Origin: Candidatus Hydrogenedentota bacterium | GTDB taxonomy: Bacteria > Hydrogenedentota > Hydrogenedentia > Hydrogenedentales > SLHB01 | Assembly (NCBI GenBank): GCA_045863295.1 | Contig: BTWA01000001.1 | Location: 1 to 64,000, forward strand | Direction: 5' to 3' | Length of the DNA: 64,000 nt | Shown: positions 57,932 to 64,000 of the stretch, piece by piece | How the letters are laid out: each line of letters opens with the position of its first letter | How positions within the stretch are numbered: position 1 is the first letter of the stretch | Translations under genes and position numbers: made by a program | Notes under the pieces: model-generated | The model's input: the letters and a program-made list of their open reading frames with translations, nothing else | Told to the model about the DNA's origin: nothing | Databases searched by the model: none

Positions 57932-58294
57932 ATGGCGCCATCAGGCGACGAACGACGCCGTTATCCGCGCAGCCGGCGGGGCTTTGCCGCGCTGGAGGAC
58001 AAAGGCGGACCGGGTGTTTTAAATCATGTGGACAACATCAGCGCGAACGGCGTGCTGTGTCATACCGTGAAACCTATTCCGCTCATGACAAAGATGAGCA
58101 TCGTGTTGGAGCTTCCCACGGATCCCGTGCAACGCGTGGAAGCCGAAGGCATTGTCGTCCGGTGCGATCCGCATGAACTGGGCGACGACCATTTCAAGGT
58201 GGCCATTATCTACACCAAGATTGGCGATGAAGATCTCGATGCGATCCACAATTTTGTGGAGGCCGATCTAGCCGCGTCCACCACCGAAGACTGA
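57932..58294 (+). CDS. PilZ domain protein
   Basis: ERRRYPR and NISANG c-di-GMP motifs; AGGAG RBS. Confidence 0.88.
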   Translation: MAPSGDERRRYPRSRRGFAALEDKGGPGVLNHVDNISANGVLCHTVKPIPLMTKMSIVLELPTDPVQRVEAEGIVVRCDPHELGDDHFKVAIIYTKIGDEDLDAIHNFVEADLAASTTED

Positions 58295-58300
58295 GGCATT

Positions 58301-59920
58301 GTGACCACGCCACGCCGCCGCGACGCCCGCATCCGGGACCGCGCGGCGTTTTTGTTTTGCGCTGCCGTCCTGGGAATGGTCGTGGTTTACCCCGTCGCGC
58401 GGCTGATTGGGCAGGCCGTGGCCGGTTGGGACATGACCGCAATCACGGAACCGGTAGGCGTCCGGGCGATCCGCAATACCGTCGTGATGTCACTGCTCAC
58501 AGTGCTCTTCTCGGGGGTATTCGGTACAGCGTTGGCGGTGTGGTTTAGCCGGTACACGTTTCCTGGGCGAGACTGGGCCGCGGCGCTTGCCTATATGCCA
58601 TTTACGTTACCGCCTCTGGTCGGGGTGCTGAGCTTCTATTACCTCATTGGCCGCGACGGATTTGTACCGCGTGCCCTGGAGCGGTACCTTGGTTTCGAAG
58701 ACGTCTACCTGGAAGGGCCGTGGGCTATCCTGGCTATTCACACGTACTCCTTTTTCGTTTTCTTTTACGCGATGGTGTCTGCCTCCCTGGACTCCATGGA
58801 TCGGTCGCTGGTGGAGGCCGCGCGAAGCCTCGGTGCAACTCCACTGCGCGCGTTCTTCAAAGTGACTCTGCCGTTGCTGCGCCCTGCATTGTTGGGTGCG
58901 GCCACGCTTACGTTCATGTCGTCCGGCGCGTCGTTCAGCGCGCCCCTCATCTTTGGCAATCAGTATCCGATGTTAAGTGTCCGCATTTTCGAGGAACGCG
59001 AACAGCACCACGACGCAGCCGCGGTAACGCTGACCGTGGCGCTGGCCGCTGTTTCCCTGCTGGCGCTGCTTCTCTTTCGATCGCGATCCCGGCCCGTGTC
59101 CGGCGCGTCGAAAGGCGTGCGCGTTCCCATTCGCACGGCGGGGGCGCGCCTGATCGCGGCATTGCTATCCTGGGGCATTGCACTGGTTCTCATTGTACCC
59201 CACTTAACGATACTGCTCATGTCAATTGTCGATCATCGCTCCTGGCACGACGAAGTTTTTCCCGTTCGTTATACTTTTGAAAACTACGCGGGCCTTGTTC
59301 GCGAACCGGGCATGTTTGCGCCGATACGCAACAGCTTCTGGATGAGTGCGATTGCGGCGGCTATCACGCTGGCGGTGGCCGCTCCCGCCTCGTATCTCAT
59401 TGGCCGGCGCCGCCGAGGCGGATCAATTATCAATTTGATTGCCATGACCCCTTGGGCACTGCCCGGCACTGTTATCGCCGTGAGTCTGATTGTGGCGTTC
59501 AACGAGGCATGGATGCCGCTAGCAGGGACCATCTGGCTTATTCCCATCGCTTACGTAATCCGAGGTATACCTTTGGTCACCCGTATGACGACCGCATCCG
59601 TGGAAGTTTTCGACGGCACGCTCATGGAGGCGGGCCGGACTCTGGGAGGGTCTCCGTGGTACTGTTTCCGGCGAGTGGCCGTGCCCTTGCTTCTCCCGGC
59701 CATTGCCGCGGCCATGGCACTTTCATTCGCTACAAACCTTGGTGAGTTTGTGGCCTCCATTTTGTTGTGGGTTCCGTCCAATACACCCATCTCGGTGCAG
59801 ATCAACATGGTCTGGCGCGGATCCGGGATTGGCATGGCGTTCGCCTACAGTGTGCTGCTGATGATTTTCGCCGTGGTTACGTTTGTCGCGTCACGGCGAT
59901 TTGCATCCCCGTTGCGGTGA
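58301..59920 (+). CDS. ABC transporter permease, Fe3+/FbpB-like with two TM domains
   Basis: Two EAA loops (LVEAARSLGA, LMEAGRTLGG), RYTFPGR, LPGTVIA. Confidence 0.9.
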   Translation: MTTPRRRDARIRDRAAFLFCAAVLGMVVVYPVARLIGQAVAGWDMTAITEPVGVRAIRNTVVMSLLTVLFSGVFGTALAVWFSRYTFPGRDWAAALAYMPFTLPPLVGVLSFYYLIGRDGFVPRALERYLGFEDVYLEGPWAILAIHTYSFFVFFYAMVSASLDSMDRSLVEAARSLGATPLRAFFKVTLPLLRPALLGAATLTFMSSGASFSAPLIFGNQYPMLSVRIFEEREQHHDAAAVTLTVALAAVSLLALLLFRSRSRPVSGASKGVRVPIRTAGARLIAALLSWGIALVLIVPHLTILLMSIVDHRSWHDEVFPVRYTFENYAGLVREPGMFAPIRNSFWMSAIAAAITLAVAAPASYLIGRRRRGGSIINLIAMTPWALPGTVIAVSLIVAFNEAWMPLAGTIWLIPIAYVIRGIPLVTRMTTASVEVFDGTLMEAGRTLGGSPWYCFRRVAVPLLLPAIAAAMALSFATNLGEFVASILLWVPSNTPISVQINMVWRGSGIGMAFAYSVLLMIFAVVTFVASRRFASPLR

Positions 59921-59954
59921 ATGCCATGCTCACGTCAGGTATGGATTCGCACGC

Positions 59955-60683
59955 ATGAAAATCATCTTATTCGGCGCCGAGGCTCACGAGTTGCAGGATC
60001 CCGTTTCCCGGCACGGTCAATTTGAAGTAGTGGAAACCGATCCCGATGTGGTTGTTTGTTTTGGGGGCGACGGCACGTTGTTGTCAGCGGAACATCGATG
60101 GCCGGGTATACCCAAAGTGCCGATACGAAACAGCCGGCGAGGCGTGCGTTGCATTTCGTTCCCGCCTGAAGACGTATTGGAAAGGCTCGCGGCGAATCAA
60201 CTGCACCGAAGCGAGTTTTTGAAACTTCAATGCCTTGTTCGGAACGGCGTTCGGAGCGGGGAAATCCACACGGCCATGAACGAATTCAACGTTCACATGG
60301 GCCATATCAATTCCGCCGTGCGATTTCAGTTGTGGCTAAACGGCGAAGCGTTTGCCGGCGGCACGGAAATCATTGGCGACGGATTGGTCATCAGCACGCC
60401 ATTCGGCAGTACGGCCTATTACAATCAAATCACCCGAGGCATTTTCTTCTCGGGTCTTGGCATCGCGTTCAAGAATACATTGGACTTGACGAACCACGTG
60501 GTGACCTACGAAACAACCGAAGTGCGCGTATTGATTACGCGCGGCCCCGCTATCCTTGGCTACGACAATGCGCCAGAATACAGACCTCTCACGCAAGGCG
60601 ACGAACTCATCGTATGCAAACATCCCCAACCCGCGGTCATTCTCACATGGGAAGCACTGACGCACCCCTCCGACAATTTTTAA
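59955..60683 (+). CDS. NAD(+)/NADH kinase family protein
   Basis: GGDGT, MNE, GDGLVISTPFGSTAY. Confidence 0.85.
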   Translation: MKIILFGAEAHELQDPVSRHGQFEVVETDPDVVVCFGGDGTLLSAEHRWPGIPKVPIRNSRRGVRCISFPPEDVLERLAANQLHRSEFLKLQCLVRNGVRSGEIHTAMNEFNVHMGHINSAVRFQLWLNGEAFAGGTEIIGDGLVISTPFGSTAYYNQITRGIFFSGLGIAFKNTLDLTNHVVTYETTEVRVLITRGPAILGYDNAPEYRPLTQGDELIVCKHPQPAVILTWEALTHPSDNF

Positions 60684-60726
60684 TGAAGACAGCGAATTCA
60701 GGGGCGCCGAGTGTGCAAGCAGTTTC

Positions 60727-61773
60727 TCAGACGAATCTTTGCCGGATATAAAATCCCGCGACCAGCAACAATGCGGCACACCCTGTAAAGAAGGCAACCC
60801 GCACGAGGTGGGATCGCGGCGCGTCTCCGGACATGGCCACTGTGGTTTCGGCCGCCTGTGCGATCGGCCCGCTTGACTCCATTGCGGTGGCTTGCGTTTC
60901 TCTCGTTTCAACCGCCATAGTCGCATTTGCCGCGACTGCCGGTTTCGGCACTTCAGGTTGGGCCACATCATCGACCGGCGCCAAGTCCTGGTTCTCAATC
61001 GTTTCGCGAAATTGTTCGACCAGTTCCCTGTGGCGCGCCATCAATTCCGGATACTTTTCCATCATTTTCTCCAGCGCGGCCATTCGTCCTTCGCGGGTGG
61101 TCTCCTTGCGGATGGCCTCGCCCATAAGCGAGGCGGCTGCCGCATCTTGCAAGTTGATCGCGTTGCTGCCTTCGCCGTAGTAGCCGGAAGGATTCCTCGG
61201 ACGGTATTTCAACATCTGCTCATACAGATCGCGGGCAGTGTCCGTGTCCCCATTCAGTTCCGCCAGTTTCGCCAAGCCCTGTAGCCCTTCGAGTTGCATT
61301 GAGTCATCGTCGGGATACTGCGTCATCATTCGTTCATATAACGATCGCGCGTTCTCTGGATCGAGCGAAAGCGCGCGGTTGGCCGCCAGGCTAAAGACTT
61401 TCTTCATATAGTCATTGGAAGGGTCGTAGCGGTCAATCACGCCGAGGTACGTCTCGTACGCGGCCTGAAGATCGGGCGGTTGACCGGCCTCTGTGAGGTC
61501 CCACTCGTGAATTACGCCAATTTGCGTGGCCAATTGCACCGTTTTCGCCAAGTCGGGGTACTGGGCGATCAGGTTTTCGTATTGGGCGATCAGGGCGTCT
61601 TTACCTTCGGCGAGGGCTATTTCCCGGCCTTGCTCCCCCAGGAATTCGACCGTCTCGAAAAACGGCCCTTGGTCCACGGGCAGATCCTGAGCGAGAGTAT
61701 GCGGCACACGCACGCACACATACAGCGCCACGATCGCGAAGCGCAACCGCCGTTTGGAAAATAAGATGACCAT
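60727..61773 (-). CDS. Exported TPR-like protein with C-terminal membrane anchor
   Basis: Signal peptide, repeated A..LYE.M...YP helices, C-terminal TM followed by RQR. Confidence 0.65.
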   Translation of the reverse strand: MVILFSKRRLRFAIVALYVCVRVPHTLAQDLPVDQGPFFETVEFLGEQGREIALAEGKDALIAQYENLIAQYPDLAKTVQLATQIGVIHEWDLTEAGQPPDLQAAYETYLGVIDRYDPSNDYMKKVFSLAANRALSLDPENARSLYERMMTQYPDDDSMQLEGLQGLAKLAELNGDTDTARDLYEQMLKYRPRNPSGYYGEGSNAINLQDAAAASLMGEAIRKETTREGRMAALEKMMEKYPELMARHRELVEQFRETIENQDLAPVDDVAQPEVPKPAVAANATMAVETRETQATAMESSGPIAQAAETTVAMSGDAPRSHLVRVAFFTGCAALLLVAGFYIRQRFV

Positions 61774-61922
61774 AGCCGGTATAATAGAGAGTCCTGCTCT
61801 CCTGATAAATACCCGGTCCTTGGACAAACGTTTCGCCGTTGTCCCTGCTTGGAATTGCGGTCACCGCTTCACCGGCGGTTCAAAAGTTGGTAGACTGGGC
61901 TGAACCATGGGGGATTGAATCC

Positions 61923-62555
61923 ATGTTACATGAGTTGGACGGCGCGGGCGAGCGGCTGCGCGATCGAAACGCCGGCTGGGTCGCCCGGCGCGACAGCGCC
62001 GAATTCCTTGGAGCAGTGGCGGTCCGCTCCCTGACCATCCTGGCAGAATTCCGGGAAGAGATGGATGTGGACGTCCGGCGATCCGTCGAAAAAGTCATGG
62101 GCGAGGCTAGTGCGGCGCTGGCGGGCATTGAGCCGAAACCCATTGACAAACACTTCACCGTAGAGGAACTGGCCCAAGCATGCGCTAAAGGCGAAGAGCG
62201 CGTGGTGAATGCAATGGAAAGCGGCTATGAAGTGCAGGTTCATCTGAAGAGTGGTCGCAATCAACGTGTCTACATTGAGCAGGACGATGGCAAGGACGGC
62301 ATCAAAATCATACGGGTATTCACCCGGTGCGGGCCGCCCCGAGAGGATGCATTTGTGTGGGCTCTGCGCGCCAACTCGAAGTTGGTGCATAGCGCCCTCG
62401 CCCTCGAGAAGGGCGAAAACGGGCCGACGCTGATCCTTGTGAAGTGCTTTCTGGAAGGCGAGGTGACGCCGCGCGAAATGCGGTCCGCCGTAAAAGAGAT
62501 TGCTTATTATGGCGACTGGGTCGAGTCGAAGATGACCGGTCTGGACGAACTGTAG
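61923..62555 (+). CDS. Hypothetical protein: N-terminal HEAT-like helices plus YbjN/CesT-like C-terminal domain
   Basis: WVARRDSAE.LG...DVDVR; GRNQRVYI, ALRAN, KEIAYYGDWVESKMTGLD. Confidence 0.6.
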   Translation: MLHELDGAGERLRDRNAGWVARRDSAEFLGAVAVRSLTILAEFREEMDVDVRRSVEKVMGEASAALAGIEPKPIDKHFTVEELAQACAKGEERVVNAMESGYEVQVHLKSGRNQRVYIEQDDGKDGIKIIRVFTRCGPPREDAFVWALRANSKLVHSALALEKGENGPTLILVKCFLEGEVTPREMRSAVKEIAYYGDWVESKMTGLDEL

Positions 62556-62597
62556 CGGAACCCATGCGAAGACTATGCAAACCTCGGATCCATCCCC

Positions 62598-63275
62598 ATG
62601 AAGCGCGCTGTACTGGCCGTGTTGTTTTGCCTGGTCGCGATAGCGGCGCTGGCATTCACAATGGCGGACATTCAACTTGGAGCTGTGGAAGCCCAGAGCA
62701 GCACGGAGTTCACCCGGGCCAGCAATTTCAATGAGGATCTTTCCGACAGGGGCGACATTCACCGTATTTTCATGCATGTGGACAAGCAAACACCCCTCGC
62801 CAGCGCCTTTGCCTGGGAGTTGCGCCAAGCGTTGCAAAGCGAGGGCAACTTCACTGTGATTCAATTGGGCAGTCCCCCCGGCCCGGATGACTTCCCCGTG
62901 CTTCTCGCCCGGATACCGCAGGCCGACACATTCTGGACCCCGTTTTATTGCGGTGGTTCGGCGCGAATCGAAGCAAAGTATGCGTCATTTACCTCCAAGA
63001 TCTCGCTGGAGGACCGCGCCGGCATTGTGTTTGACGGCAATCCCGAGTTGGGGCGCCTGCCGATTCGAACGACTATGGACGTCACAACGAAAATCAGCGC
63101 AACCGGATTGTTGTCCCTCCCTGCCTACCGGCGCATCGTTACGCGCGAGGCCGCGCGAGCCATGGCTGAGTACCTTCGCACTAGCATCGACGAAATCACG
63201 CAAGAAGCCGCCGATTCGGTTCGAAAAGGGGATAATCCCGCGGTAGTCCGATCCGGCCAGACGACACCCCCCTGA
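62598..63275 (+). CDS. Hypothetical exported or membrane-anchored protein
   Basis: MKR plus hydrophobic N-terminus; tight operon spacing. Confidence 0.65.
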   Translation: MKRAVLAVLFCLVAIAALAFTMADIQLGAVEAQSSTEFTRASNFNEDLSDRGDIHRIFMHVDKQTPLASAFAWELRQALQSEGNFTVIQLGSPPGPDDFPVLLARIPQADTFWTPFYCGGSARIEAKYASFTSKISLEDRAGIVFDGNPELGRLPIRTTMDVTTKISATGLLSLPAYRRIVTREAARAMAEYLRTSIDEITQEAADSVRKGDNPAVVRSGQTTPP

Positions 63276-63276
63276 T

Positions 63277-63813
63277 ATGGACCCATCCCGGCTGTCGTCT
63301 TACACGATTCAACTGGCCGAACCCCACCATATTCCCGCGCTTCAGGCCGTGGAGCGTGCCGCGGCGTCCATCATCCCGTCCAAGTACCTGCCCGAGGCCA
63401 TTCGGGGCGACACGGTCGAGCCGGAACTTCACCTGCAGGGGCAGAAAGCAGGTACGCTTTGGGTCGCCTTGGAGCGTCAAGGGAATCCGGTCGGATTCCT
63501 GCTACTTCTAGAACTGGATGGCGACGCGTTCATCCGCGAGGTGGATGTGCATCCCGATTTCGGTCGACGGGGGATCGGCACGGCCCTTATTCATACTGCG
63601 GAAGCGTGGGCACGGGAACAGGGCTATACCGGCATGGTTTTAACAACGTATCGGGACATACCATGGAACGCTCCTTTTTACGCGAAACTTGGCTTTGAGA
63701 TCGTGGCTCCCATCGCTTTCACCCCCGCCATGAGCCGTCAATTTGAAGAGGAAGCCCGGTGGGGTCTGAACCTTTCCCTGCGGGTCTTCATGTGCAAACG
63801 CCTGATGGTCTAA
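63277..63813 (+). CDS. GNAT family acetyltransferase
   Basis: EVDVHPDFGRRGIG, LTTYRDIPWNAPFYAKLGF. Confidence 0.9.
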   Translation: MDPSRLSSYTIQLAEPHHIPALQAVERAAASIIPSKYLPEAIRGDTVEPELHLQGQKAGTLWVALERQGNPVGFLLLLELDGDAFIREVDVHPDFGRRGIGTALIHTAEAWAREQGYTGMVLTTYRDIPWNAPFYAKLGFEIVAPIAFTPAMSRQFEEEARWGLNLSLRVFMCKRLMV

Positions 63814-64000
63814 GGCAACGTCGTTTAATGGCTCTTCCGAATTTGTTATAATAGTCGGTTAAGAGACGTAGTCAAATTCATGTAAATCATGATGGCGAAA
63901 GAAGTTGCGACGACCGATGCATGTCGGCCGGGCGTACTCTTGCGCCCGAGGGTAGGGTGACGTTTGTTATGAGCCGATTGAACGTGAGTCCGGAAGGACT

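Noticed and set aside
63890..64000. Gene start at the right edge
   Set aside because: Too little sequence to choose a frame or product.

Overview
A GC-rich bacterial chromosomal segment, mostly housekeeping and catabolic genes: a partial T2SS/pilus gspI-J-K-F-like cluster, DedA, tRNA-Ser(GGA), a heptosyltransferase, rsmG, apgM, beta-oxidation genes, queA, solA, a DEAD-box helicase, a transketolase-like gene, xerD and transporters. I cannot assign the taxon reliably. Main points of interest: (1) a compact plesiocin-type graspetide (RiPP) locus, with a 57-aa precursor (LFIKEL leader, single TTLALGEE core, C-terminal tail) followed by an ATP-grasp ligase; (2) a ~6 kb defence island with a Dsr1-type sirtuin and a strongly G/T-skewed HGGxSTG/Cys-rich gene, bracketed by two ~96%-identical 166-bp direct repeats and ending beside xerD; (3) two palindromic parS-like sites inside the rsmG coding sequence; (4) a guanidine-III riboswitch upstream of gdx/sugE; (5) a tRNA-adjacent islet with a leaderless PadR gene, a membrane-fused solute-binding protein, an unannotated His-tailed small protein and a truncated gene; (6) small stress genes (DUF1328, entericidin, CsbD; the first two absent from the ORF track) followed by two long hairpins; (7) a lipoprotein with four tandem beta-rich repeats. 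All product calls come from motif recognition by eye; no database searches were run.
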